A DNA stretch of 63,466 nt, filler included, from Sphingomonadaceae bacterium (lineage in GTDB: Bacteria > Chloroflexota > UBA6077): NCBI GenBank assembly GCA_050261575.1. It is 4 parts of 4 records of this genome, joined end to end, with 100 filler letters (N's around TTAATTAATTAA, not from the genome) between each part and the next. Parts side by side here need not be neighbours in the genome. Positions count along the whole stretch, not along the records: positions 1 to 30,266 come from JBLNDL010000019.1; 3 more parts are not named here. One strand, written 5' to 3'. Shown here one piece after another: positions 19,916-29,200 of the stretch (positions within the stretch are counted from its first letter, which is position 1; each line of letters starts with the position of its first letter). The notes under the pieces are model-generated. The model was given only the letters and a program-made list of their open reading frames with translations. It was not told the origin of the DNA and searched no databases. The translations under genes were made by a program, and so were the position numbers.

Positions 19916-20176
19916 TTAACCGAGCAGGGCGAGCCTGCGTCGTATCTGCTCCCGACCCGCCCCGCGCTTGGGGTTGGGCTCGGGTTCAGAGTCAAAGGTG
20001 GACTCGATGGCGACCGGAGGGTTCTCCGTCAGCCACTCGACGTAGATCTTGTGGTCGACCGCTCGGCGTTCCCTGCGACCCATTCCCTGTACTTCGGGGG
20101 CAGTCGCCATTGCCTGGGTAATGCGGTCTACCTCTTCCTGGCTTCGGGCCTGGATGATCGTGGTCAGTTCGTCCAT
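19916..20176 (-). CDS. Hypothetical protein (86 aa)
   Basis: RBS AAGGAG. Co-oriented between the RHH-like and capsid genes. Confidence 0.6.
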   Translation of the reverse strand: MDELTTIIQARSQEEVDRITQAMATAPEVQGMGRRERRAVDHKIYVEWLTENPPVAIESTFDSEPEPNPKRGAGREQIRRRLALLG

Positions 20177-20187
20177 GTGGTCTCTCC

Positions 20188-20388
20188 TTACAGAACCTGG
20201 CAGGTCGCCGGTTGGTCTTGGCTCTTGCTGGACTGCTCTCGGCTCTCCCTTTGCGCCATGTGCTTGTGGGCGGAGCGGATCAGGAGCCGAACGGTGTCAG
20301 GTGAAGTCCGCTCAACCTTCGAAGCCAGGTCCGTCAAGGACTGGTGCTCATCAGGATCAAGAAAGACGGTAACTCGGAAGTTCCTCAC
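20188..20388 (-). CDS. Small ribbon-helix-helix-like DNA-binding protein
   Basis: GTG start with GGGAGG RBS. Beta strand RVTVFL then two helices. Confidence 0.55.
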   Translation of the reverse strand: MRNFRVTVFLDPDEHQSLTDLASKVERTSPDTVRLLIRSAHKHMAQRESREQSSKSQDQPATCQVL

Positions 20389-20435
20389 TGGTTTCCTCCC
20401 TTGGTGAGTGATTGACTGGCCCAAGCAGGGCATAC

Positions 20436-20475
20436 AAAAAGGGCCGATCGCTGCTCTTGGGCAACGCCGACCCTT
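20436..20475 (-). terminator. Terminator-like hairpin downstream of the HNH/cos-like region
   Basis: Imperfect AAGGGTCGG...CGGCCCTT stem followed by a T-tract on the minus strand. Confidence 0.5.
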
Positions 20476-20613
20476 CAGGATGTTTTCTAAGTAGTCGCTA
20501 TAACAATAGCGTGTAGGGCATTTGGAAACTGGCCTTCGCGAACGTTTGGCTGGGCCCGCGGGTTCTGGCCTTACCTGCCGGGGATTTGGCCCCCATATAC
20601 CCCGGCGGGGGGC

Positions 20614-20961
20614 CTAGCGGTCACCCCATCCACTAGACTGGATCGCGGTTTTCCGGGAGTGGCAACTCTGGCACATTGACTGGAGGTTGTTCTCGTCGTC
20701 GGTGCCACCCTGAGACTTCGGGATGATGTGGTCCACATTGACCGCCGGTCTGCCACAGACCACACACCAGGGATACCTCTTAAGAAACTGATCGCGGGTC
20801 TTCTTCCACTTGGACTTATACCCGCGATAGGACATTCCTGGTCGAGTAGACCGCCCAATCTGTCGAGTCTTCTTGTGCTCAGCACATAGACCACCCGACC
20901 CAGCCGGAACCTTGTTCTTGCAAGGGTAGACTGAGCAAGGAACCATTGGCTTCTCGGGCAT
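20614..20961 (-). CDS. HNH endonuclease, HK97 gp74-like (terminase-associated)
   Basis: N-terminal PC..PC...C.EH, RGY..W...R, CVVC..VDHIIP..GG.D..NNLQSMC.SCH.RKT. Confidence 0.9.
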   Translation of the reverse strand: MPEKPMVPCSVYPCKNKVPAGSGGLCAEHKKTRQIGRSTRPGMSYRGYKSKWKKTRDQFLKRYPWCVVCGRPAVNVDHIIPKSQGGTDDENNLQSMCQSCHSRKTAIQSSGWGDR

Positions 20962-21540
20962 GCTGTACCCTCATATCGGATAGCCTGTGGCGCTCGCAGG
21001 ACTCACCTAAATGCGCATCTAGTTCGTTTGCTTACCTGGGGGTTCTAGGTCGCGTGGTGGTCAACGTGGTGCGCCGTGGGTCGTCCTGTGTAGTCATTCC
21101 CTCAAGACTGATGCTGACGCAGGTCGGTGAGCAGCTGATACACACCGACCTGCCCCAACACTTGGAGAAAAAGGACCGAGACCGAGTCAAAGCCCGCCTG
21201 GTGGGTTGGTATGCCAGGGAGGATGCAGTCCCCGACTCGCCAAACAACCAGCGACCGCTTACCGAAGGCGATCACTGATTGTCTGACTTGAACCAACCTT
21301 ACACATCTATTGTATCGCGTTCCACCGGGGTGCTTACGTCGTCAATACTCAGGTTTTCCTGCTTCTTTTGCGACCCGCCTCGCGGATTACCGAGTCAAGA
21401 TCCGGGTTGGGTGTGGATACTGTACTATTACTCTTCTTTCAAAGTAGATATAGGATATGAATAAGATCCTCAGAAATCACTCATAAGGTAAGGGGAGTTT
21501 CAAAACGAGCCGTAACATCCCCAAATAGTGCGGCATCCCG

Positions 21541-22101
21541 CTAGACTCTGGGTCGATGGGCAACAACGGCCCCAGGCCGGGGCACCAGAGGGAAGGAAGC
21601 CGGACCCCACCGCATGACCGACCAGAGTTTCTCCATGTGCTGCGCGGTCATCTTGGGAGGGTCGGCAACCTGCTCGAAGTCCAAGACCTTGTCCGTCCAA
21701 CCAGCTAAGATCATGACAGTGACACTCGGCTCTTGTCCGAGCTTCCGAGCCAATACGTGAAGGGCCGCCTTCCGAGTCTCACCCCAAGCCATGCACTGCT
21801 CTGGTAGGTTCAGGGGAATGCCGTTCGACTTCTGGGCATTGTAGGGAGACTTGGCCGCCACTCGCTTCTTGGTGGTCACATAGGCCAGGTACTTGCCCTC
21901 ACCCTTCGGGTCGTCTGACAGGAACCTGACCCGAACGAATACCTCGGTAGTCTCGTCCTCTTGGACGTCCCAGTTCGCCCTCTCTCGATACAGTCTCTCG
22001 ATCAGCAAGACAGTCTCGTCGGTGGTCAGCATCCGGGTTTGTAACTGTCCGTCCCCTGGCCTTAGATGGGTCTCTACCCGCATCTCTGGTCCTCGGCTCA
22101 T
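21541..22101 (-). CDS. Hypothetical protein, possible HicB-like fold
   Basis: ATG 22101 with purine-rich RBS. GKYLAYV...LPEQCMAWGETRKAAL segment. Confidence 0.5.
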   Translation of the reverse strand: MSRGPEMRVETHLRPGDGQLQTRMLTTDETVLLIERLYRERANWDVQEDETTEVFVRVRFLSDDPKGEGKYLAYVTTKKRVAAKSPYNAQKSNGIPLNLPEQCMAWGETRKAALHVLARKLGQEPSVTVMILAGWTDKVLDFEQVADPPKMTAQHMEKLWSVMRWGPASFPLVPRPGAVVAHRPRV

Positions 22102-22321
22102 GGCCCTTTCTCCCTCTGCTATACTGTAGAAGCTCGGACGCAGGGCACAGAAAAGCCGCAAGGCGTTTGCCCTGCGGCTCAATGGATGCCTATGCGACCT
22201 GAGTTCAACTCTCTACAACCATTATAGCAGGTTGACCCCCAACGCTTACGTCCTGATTTGGACTAAACGCCTGCGTGTTGTTGCTGGATTGAGTAGAGAT
22301 GGGTCGGAAGCCTCTGGGCAG

Positions 22322-22349
22322 AGGGTGTTCTGTTCATAACCTGCTGATG
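22322..22349. other. attR (P-arm AGGGTGTTCTGTTCATAAC plus core)
   Basis: Inverted partner of the attL arm. Core AACCTGCT is followed by comM codons. Confidence 0.85.
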
Positions 22350-23216
22350 GCGGGTCCCCCGGGCTCGGGCAAGACGCTGCTGGCCCGCACCCTCCCCACC
22401 ATCCTGCCCGCCATGACGGTCGACGAGATGCTGGAGGTCACCAAGATCTACTCCGTCACCGGCCGCCTCTCCAAGGAGGTCCCCCTGGTCCGCGAGCGCC
22501 CCTTCCGGGCTCCGCACCACACCATCTCCTACGCCGGCCTCATCGGCGGCGGCAAGTGGCCCCACCCGGGGGAGATATCGCTGGCTCATCGGGGAGTGCT
22601 CTTCCTGGACGAGTTCCCGGAGTTCGGGCAGGCCACCCTGGAGCTGCTCCGCCAGCCCCTGGAGGACGGCATCGTCACCATCTCCCGAGCCCAGGGCAGC
22701 GTCACCTTCCCGGCCAAGTTCATGCTCGTCGCGGCGATGAACCCCTGCCCATGCGGCTTCTACGGCGACGCACAGAAGGAGTGCTCCTGCTCCTCCACCC
22801 TCGTAGCCAAGTACCAGAAGCGCATCAGCGGCCCCATGCTCGACCGCATCGACATCCACGTGGAGGTCCCCCGCATCGCCTACGAGAAGCTGGCTGACGA
22901 CGGCCAGGGGGAGGATTCCGCGCAGATCCGGTCGAGGGTGGAGGCGGCCAGGGAGATCCAGCGGGCCCGCTTCCGCGGAACCAACCTCACCTGCAACGCC
23001 GACATGGGGCCCGCCGACGTCCGCGCCCACTGCCGCGTGGAGGGCTCCGCCCAGAGCATCCTGAAGTCCGCAGTCGCCCAGATGCACCTCTCCGCCCGCG
23101 CCTACCACCGCATCCTCAAGGTCGCCCGCACCATCGCCGACCTCGAGGGCACCCCCCAGATCGGCCCCGCCCACGTCGCCGAGGCCGTGCAGTACAGGCC
23201 GAGGAGCGGGGGGTGA
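22346..23216 (+). pseudogene. comM: comM 3' part (AAA+ domain)
   Basis: GPPGSGKT, RPFRAPHH, GEISLAHRGVLFLDEFPEF, AAMNPCPCG and SARAYHRILKVARTIADL motifs. Joined with the 5' part it gives a 507-aa frame. Confidence 0.95.
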
Positions 23217-23267
23217 GGGGGCAATACGGAGGCTGATGTCACGCAGTGAGACGCGGGATCATTCTGC

Positions 23268-25322
23268 CTACTCCAAGCCCATCGCCCTGATCGCGGCGTT
23301 GATGGGGTCCATGTAGAACACCGGCTGGACGGCGTTCAGCACCTCATCGGGCACGTCACCCAGGTCGCGCTTGTTCTCCGAGGGAATGAGAACTCGCTTC
23401 GCTCCAGCATCCAGGGCGAGCTCCAGCCGCTCGGTCAGGTTCGGCACCTTCTGGAGCAACCCCTTCACGCTCATCTCCCCGACTACTACTGCAGTAGGGT
23501 CGGCGGGTCGCTCCAGGATAGCGGAGACCATGGAGATGAAGAAGGCAATGGCCGTCTCTGCCCCCTCCTTAGCCTGATTCAGGTTGACAGCCTGGACCGT
23601 GAAATCGTACTGCCGAGGATCTCGGTCGATCCCCAGATCCTTGATGTGGGCCTTCAGGTAGGCGTCCGCCGCCTTCAGCGCCTCCTTCATGACCGGCGAC
23701 AAGCTGCCCAACGCGACGATCCGCCCACTGCCGGGGTTCACCTGGGTCTGTATCAGGTAGAGGGCGAGCTTCCGGTCAGAAGGGTCCATGCCGACCGTGT
23801 ACACCGAGCCCGGTGGTAGCGGCTGGCCGGTGATCATTACTCCACCGCCGCTCTCCGGCACGGTGACGAACTTCTGGGCGTGAGTCTCCCGATCTGTGTA
23901 GCTGAAGTTCACGTCCCAGTACTCCAGCCCGCCAATCTTCTTCAACTGCTCTTTGACCCGCCTGCGCATCTCCAGGGCGAACCCCACGTACTCCCCCAGT
24001 TCCTCCTTGCCCACTTTCCCGTCGGGGTGGATCAGCTTCACCAGACCGCTGACCGTCTTCCGGACCGCCTTGGCATCGCGCCCTCCCACGTGGTTCCCGA
24101 ACTCGAAGTACCGCTCCGGCAGGTCCACGTAGCTGGTCCTCCGCAGCGCCCGCAGCACCTCCGCCAGGTAGTCGGAGAGAAGGCCGAAATGGGACGTGTA
24201 GTACTCATCCCGCGTCTTGCCCAACTCCCAGCCCGGCAGGTAGAAGTGGATCCGGTCGAAGAAGGCGGTGTCCATCTCCTTCGGCATTGGATAGAAGAGG
24301 TTGGAGGTGCGAACGACAGTGCTGACATCGCCGTCGAGGTTGCCAACGAAGACTATGGACCCCTCGGCGTTAATGACATCCCGCCCGCGACTGAACGCGC
24401 CGTCCTCCATGTAGTTCTTCATGATATTGATGCCGTTCTTGTCCTGGAACCGGATCCCCGCCGCCTCGTCGAAGGCGACGGTATCCCAGAGGGCAACCAG
24501 CCCGCGCTGCCCCGTGGCAAGATTCACGAACATCTGGGCAACGGTAGTCTGCCCGCCAGACACCAGGTGGCAATAGGGACTGATCTGCTGATAGACGAAG
24601 CTCTTGCCTGTTCCTCTGGGGCCCAGCTCGATCAGATTGAAGTTCCGTTCCACCAGAGGGATCAGCCGCGACAGATAAAGCAGCTTCCTGCGAGGAGTGA
24701 AGTACTCGTGGCTGGGTTCCATGCCGAGAGAGCGAAGCAGCAGGTCGATCCACTCCTGCCGTGAGAACTGTCCCCTGGCCTCCTGAAGGGGGCCAATGCT
24801 GTACTGGGAAAGCTGGATCGGCTTGAGCTTGCCGATGAAGAAGGGCCGCGTGTAGTTCTTGAACTTGTAGGTTCCGTCATATCGTAGGAAGATCTCCGCC
24901 CAGATGCCCCCCATCAGCAGACGATCATGCTCCCGGAGGGTCGACTCGTCGATGTTGACGTAGTCCAGGCTGATGTTGTGGAGCGTCGCCCAGTACTTGT
25001 CGTCGACCTCTTTGAGCGTGGCGGAGACCTTGTCGATGATGGTGTAGACGCCCTGCTGCTGGATCCGCGCCTTCACGATCTCTCGCTCGTCGGGCTTCAC
25101 GTACCGCTCGGACAGGTTCTTCCGGACGAACTCAAGCCCGTGTTCGATGACTGTGGGATCGGTGGACGCGCAGTACTTCCCCAGGAGGTATTCGATGACG
25201 AAGATGGGCACGGCATAGGCGGAACGCAACCGGCGCACCAGGTCCTTCCTTACCACCAAACCGGGAAAGGCTGCATTCGCCTTCTCGTCCAACCTATCGA
25301 GTTCGACCGTTTCCATCGTCAT
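23268..25322 (-). CDS. brxL: BREX Lon-like protein BrxL
   Basis: FPGLVVRKDL, EYLLGKYC, ELGPRGTGKS, DTVAFDE and C-terminal Lon-like domain. 684 aa. Confidence 0.9.
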   Translation of the reverse strand: MTMETVELDRLDEKANAAFPGLVVRKDLVRRLRSAYAVPIFVIEYLLGKYCASTDPTVIEHGLEFVRKNLSERYVKPDEREIVKARIQQQGVYTIIDKVSATLKEVDDKYWATLHNISLDYVNIDESTLREHDRLLMGGIWAEIFLRYDGTYKFKNYTRPFFIGKLKPIQLSQYSIGPLQEARGQFSRQEWIDLLLRSLGMEPSHEYFTPRRKLLYLSRLIPLVERNFNLIELGPRGTGKSFVYQQISPYCHLVSGGQTTVAQMFVNLATGQRGLVALWDTVAFDEAAGIRFQDKNGINIMKNYMEDGAFSRGRDVINAEGSIVFVGNLDGDVSTVVRTSNLFYPMPKEMDTAFFDRIHFYLPGWELGKTRDEYYTSHFGLLSDYLAEVLRALRRTSYVDLPERYFEFGNHVGGRDAKAVRKTVSGLVKLIHPDGKVGKEELGEYVGFALEMRRRVKEQLKKIGGLEYWDVNFSYTDRETHAQKFVTVPESGGGVMITGQPLPPGSVYTVGMDPSDRKLALYLIQTQVNPGSGRIVALGSLSPVMKEALKAADAYLKAHIKDLGIDRDPRQYDFTVQAVNLNQAKEGAETAIAFFISMVSAILERPADPTAVVVGEMSVKGLLQKVPNLTERLELALDAGAKRVLIPSENKRDLGDVPDEVLNAVQPVFYMDPINAAIRAMGLE

Positions 25323-25334
25323 CGAGCTTCCTCC

Positions 25335-27980
25335 CTAATCCCAATCCACCATCAGGGTCAGCGGCACGGAGCCCAGATCGCGGCCCGACTCGGCGTCCAC
25401 GGCGCGGAGCGTCAGCTTCTGGCCAGCCGGGAGCGCCAGCCCCTCCAGCAGATACACCGCGGGCTTCAACTCCTCCACATCGGGGCGCAACTCGATTGCC
25501 TGTTCGTCGGCCACTCGCCTGGCCCCTGCCCCCTCCTCCGCCGTCTCCACCCAGAGCCGCAGTCTCAACGGCTGCACCCCACCTAAGCTCGCCTGGCCGG
25601 TAGGGATCACCGGACGCAGCACCACCGGCACCGTCCCAACGGCGAGCTTCGGGGTGGTGACCTCCAGCGTGAGGCCTACCTTTGTTGGGCGGAAGAGGGA
25701 GCGTGACACGAGGTGAGGGATCACGCACTCCTGGAGGGAAAGCCCGCCATGGAGATATGGCTCAGGCTTCTCCAGCGTTCGTACTCCACGCGCCAGTCCA
25801 AGCTCGTTCGGAGCGGGCACGAAGGGCGATGGCAGCCGGATCAGCTCCTGGGTGGGAGCATCATGGAGGAGAGCCGCCCACCGAGGCTCTCGCTTCACCA
25901 CCTGGGCTACGGGAGCCGACGGGGTACCGAGGGCCAAAACCTCATCAGGCGGCAGAAGCAAGAATCCGTGATCGGTCACCAGGTGCACCGTGTCCACCCC
26001 AGCCTCGTGGAGCAGTTCCACCGTCCTGGCGAGATTCCCCGCCAGTTGCCTGGCCAGCACCGGCAGATTCTCCGGCACCTTGTGCCCCTGCTCATCGATA
26101 GTGTTGTCGAACAGCACCACCACCTGAGACTCGGGCACAGGTGCGCCCTTCAGCAGAGCTGCGACCTCGGCGAACTCCACAATGGGTTTACCGTCGCCGT
26201 CCACCAGCTTCGCCTTCAGGTACTCCCTTCTGGCCTCCCGCCCCGAGAGGTCGTGCCCATCCTGGTCCCTCAGCTTAACCCGAACCTTTCCGGTCTCGCC
26301 CACAAGGTACTCGACCTGGATGGGGCCGCCCACCGGCATCAGCGCAGCCATGCCGAACAGGGTCTCCGAAGGCAGCACAGAGGCCACCACCCGCGCGGAG
26401 CAGTCCGGACCGGAGAGCGCATCCAGCACTTTCTGCCCCAGATCCCACCTCAACGCATCGCAGATGATCAGCCCCGTTCTCCCCTTGTCGGACTGCCAGA
26501 GGGTGCCGGCCAGCGTATCCGCATACGGGACCCCGGCTGGCGGCCAGACCCCTTCACGCTCGACCGACTCGGCCAGGCGCTGGTTCACCTCGGCGGCATA
26601 ATGCAGATAGATCAGGTCCGCCAGTCTCCGGACCTGGTCGAGACCACCGGCAGCAAAGCAGTCCGCGCACAGTTCCAGATGGAGCCAGTCCACCCGCCAC
26701 CAACTCTCGCGGTATCGCGCAACCAGTTGACCCGCCGACTTCGTCCCTTCAGCCTCATCGACTGCCTCAGATGCCCGGCGGCCCAGATCCAACAGTTTCT
26801 CGGCAGTCCCCCAGTGGCTCTCTCCCCCCTTCCCATCCCAGGGAGTTCGGGCGCGGGCAGCTATCACTGCTCTCCTGCCCAACAGGTAGTCCAGCCCGGA
26901 CTTCCATCCGCCCTCGACAGCCTGCTGGAAATCGTGGAGGAAAGCCTTCCACTGCCGGCGAGCCAGCAGTGGAAGCCCCACCGGCCAACCATCGCGCCCG
27001 GCTGCCCAATCGGCCAGGTCGTAGCCCGTCTCCAGCCTCGCCATCCGGCTTCTAAAGCGCGGACCCAACTCCGTGTGGGCGGCGATATCATCCCGGAGGA
27101 AGGCCGCCATCCGGCGGCGGTGAACCTCTTTGGCGGGGAGTCTGGAGAGGAAGGGGAAGTCTCTCGGCTGGCCGAAGGCGTCCCACGCCTCGCACAGGGC
27201 GAGCTGCACCACAATCGAATCCACGAGGGGCTCCGCGTCCATCTCTGCTGCGGCGCCCTTCTCTGAGGAGGTCTCCGGAAGGGTGAAGCCGTACTCCCCG
27301 ACCAGACGCGCCAGCACGACGGCCCGCTCGTCCCCCCACCGCTTCACCTCGTTGTGGGGCGCCGCGAGCAACCTCCTCAGGACGTCCCGAGGGTCCCCTC
27401 CCAGCTCCTCCTCCACGTCTGAGAGCCTGAGAGGCCGAGGCCAGGAAGAGGGATCGCGTCTCGCCATCCGGACCGCGTACCGGGCGAGCATCGAGTCGGA
27501 GCCCCCGGCCACCAGCTTCTTCGCAGTCTTCTCGTCGGCCACGGTGAGTCCGTGGCTCAGCAGCCAACCAAGCAGCGTTGGCGGCTCCGGCAGATCCACG
27601 GGCTGCCAGCCGTCGCCGCGGCCCCACACGCAACCCTTGAAACGGTAGTCGTACACGCTCCAGAGGCCCGGCGCCCCGCCGTCCGCCCGCGGCTCCAGAT
27701 CCTCGCGGCTGTAACCGGGCAGGTACACCACCACCCGGGCTTCATCGTCCCTCTCCGCCTCCAGCAACGCCAGCTTCAGGCGAAGCTGTCCCTCACCTGC
27801 CTGAGGGTCGGAGCGGAGCAGGGTCAACCCGCGGCCCTCGAGCTCCGGCCCCAGGGCATCGACCAGCCGGACGAACTGCCGCTCAGGGTCGAGCCAGAGC
27901 AGCACCCGCCGAGGGACACCGTCGGGAGCCCCATTCATCCAATCGAGCAGCTTTGCCGCTAGCAACTCGCCTAAGCTCAC
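25335..27980 (-). CDS. pglZ: PglZ-domain protein (BREX phosphatase/nuclease)
   Basis: IICDALRWD, LPSETLFGMAALMP, VTDHGF and YLHGGLSLQECVIP motifs. GTG start overlaps the fic stop. Confidence 0.85.
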   Translation of the reverse strand: MSLGELLAAKLLDWMNGAPDGVPRRVLLWLDPERQFVRLVDALGPELEGRGLTLLRSDPQAGEGQLRLKLALLEAERDDEARVVVYLPGYSREDLEPRADGGAPGLWSVYDYRFKGCVWGRGDGWQPVDLPEPPTLLGWLLSHGLTVADEKTAKKLVAGGSDSMLARYAVRMARRDPSSWPRPLRLSDVEEELGGDPRDVLRRLLAAPHNEVKRWGDERAVVLARLVGEYGFTLPETSSEKGAAAEMDAEPLVDSIVVQLALCEAWDAFGQPRDFPFLSRLPAKEVHRRRMAAFLRDDIAAHTELGPRFRSRMARLETGYDLADWAAGRDGWPVGLPLLARRQWKAFLHDFQQAVEGGWKSGLDYLLGRRAVIAARARTPWDGKGGESHWGTAEKLLDLGRRASEAVDEAEGTKSAGQLVARYRESWWRVDWLHLELCADCFAAGGLDQVRRLADLIYLHYAAEVNQRLAESVEREGVWPPAGVPYADTLAGTLWQSDKGRTGLIICDALRWDLGQKVLDALSGPDCSARVVASVLPSETLFGMAALMPVGGPIQVEYLVGETGKVRVKLRDQDGHDLSGREARREYLKAKLVDGDGKPIVEFAEVAALLKGAPVPESQVVVLFDNTIDEQGHKVPENLPVLARQLAGNLARTVELLHEAGVDTVHLVTDHGFLLLPPDEVLALGTPSAPVAQVVKREPRWAALLHDAPTQELIRLPSPFVPAPNELGLARGVRTLEKPEPYLHGGLSLQECVIPHLVSRSLFRPTKVGLTLEVTTPKLAVGTVPVVLRPVIPTGQASLGGVQPLRLRLWVETAEEGAGARRVADEQAIELRPDVEELKPAVYLLEGLALPAGQKLTLRAVDAESGRDLGSVPLTLMVDWD

Positions 27981-29176
27981 GCCGACTCTCCACTCCGTGT
28001 CTGTGTGCGATCCTGCGTGCCATGCGACGGAACCGTCCATCCCGAACTTTGAGGCTCGAACAGAGAAAGATACTGCCGGTAAACGAACAGTCGGTTGCGA
28101 GTCTGTCCGGTCACCTCGTCGAGCAGTCCCGCATCCACCATCTGTCCAAGCAGTGCGTTGGCGGTGGGATGGGTTACTCCGAGCCCCTCCTGGACGTTCT
28201 TTGCCGTGACCACCGGTTTTTCGTACAGCAGGTCCAGCAAACGAAGGGTGTTGCCCGCCCCACGCCCTTGAGAGAGTTGCCTGCGATGCTCCTCTCTCAT
28301 TCGGAGAATCTGCCGTGCCGTATCAGTAGCTTGGGTGCCAACGGTGCCTACCCCCCGCAGGAAGAACTTGATCCAGCCCTCCCAGTCGCCTCGGGTCCGA
28401 ACCGCCTGCAACCGGTCGTAGTACTCATCCCGGTGCTGCTTGAAGAAGAAGGATAGATAGAGAAGTGGCCGGCTCAATACCTTCTGCTGGACTAGAAAGA
28501 AGGTGATCAGCAACCGCCCCATTCGACCGTTGCCGTCCAGGAAAGGATGTATTGTCTCGAACTGAGCATGGACGAGTCCTGCCTTGAGCAGAATCGGCAT
28601 GGGTATAGGGGCATGAAGAAACTTCTCCAGCTCGCCCATGGCCCGTACCATTTCGAGAGGCGGCGGAGGTACGAAGGTGGCTGTCTCTATCGTATCGCCA
28701 GCCTGCCCGATCCAGTTCTGGCTCGTCCGGAACTCCCCCGGCGAACGTTCGCCTCCCCGAACACCTTTCAGCAGTTCCGCATGGATCTCTCGGATCAGGC
28801 GCAGAGATAGTGGCAACTGCTCCAGGCGAGCTAGCCCATAGTCCATCGCCCGGACGTAGTTGACCACCTCACCCACATCGCCCGGCAGGTTCCGTCGAGC
28901 CGCAGCAGTCTCGTACTCCAGAACGTCGGCCAGGGAGGCCTGAGTCCCCTCGATCTGGGAGGAAAGAACTGCCTCTTGACGAACATACATGGCGACGAAC
29001 AGCTCCGGATTGGGGAGCACCTCGGTGGCACCGTCCAACCGCCCAAGGGCCAGGTCCGCGCGGGACAGAAGGTCCAGCATTTCCGCGTCTATGCTCAGAG
29101 GCGGATCGGGGGGCAGGGGTGCGGGTATGAAGGCCGTGTAGCCAGCCGGTTGTCTGACAAGAGTCCCAGCACGCAT
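27977..29176 (-). CDS. Fic family protein (class II, N-terminal inhibitory helix, C-terminal HTH)
   Basis: HPFLDGNGRMGR catalytic motif and SSQIEG inhibitory motif. Confidence 0.92.
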   Translation of the reverse strand: MRAGTLVRQPAGYTAFIPAPLPPDPPLSIDAEMLDLLSRADLALGRLDGATEVLPNPELFVAMYVRQEAVLSSQIEGTQASLADVLEYETAAARRNLPGDVGEVVNYVRAMDYGLARLEQLPLSLRLIREIHAELLKGVRGGERSPGEFRTSQNWIGQAGDTIETATFVPPPPLEMVRAMGELEKFLHAPIPMPILLKAGLVHAQFETIHPFLDGNGRMGRLLITFFLVQQKVLSRPLLYLSFFFKQHRDEYYDRLQAVRTRGDWEGWIKFFLRGVGTVGTQATDTARQILRMREEHRRQLSQGRGAGNTLRLLDLLYEKPVVTAKNVQEGLGVTHPTANALLGQMVDAGLLDEVTGQTRNRLFVYRQYLSLFEPQSSGWTVPSHGTQDRTQTRSGESA

Positions 29177-29200
29177 TCTCGTTTCCCTGCCAAGTCGAGT

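Larger units (their letters stand above)
13206..22345. mobile_element. 9,132-bp integrated element in comM (candidate phage satellite)
   Basis: Core AACCTGCT duplicated at 13206-13213 and 22338-22345, terminal inverted repeats, visibly lower GC, and LSR, capsid and HNH genes. Confidence 0.9.

Noticed and set aside
13206..22345. Element as a transposon with terminal inverted repeats and target duplication, or as a complete prophage
   Set aside because: No transposase is present and the IR-core geometry fits an LSR attP. It is too small and lacks terminase, portal, tail and lysis genes for an autonomous phage.
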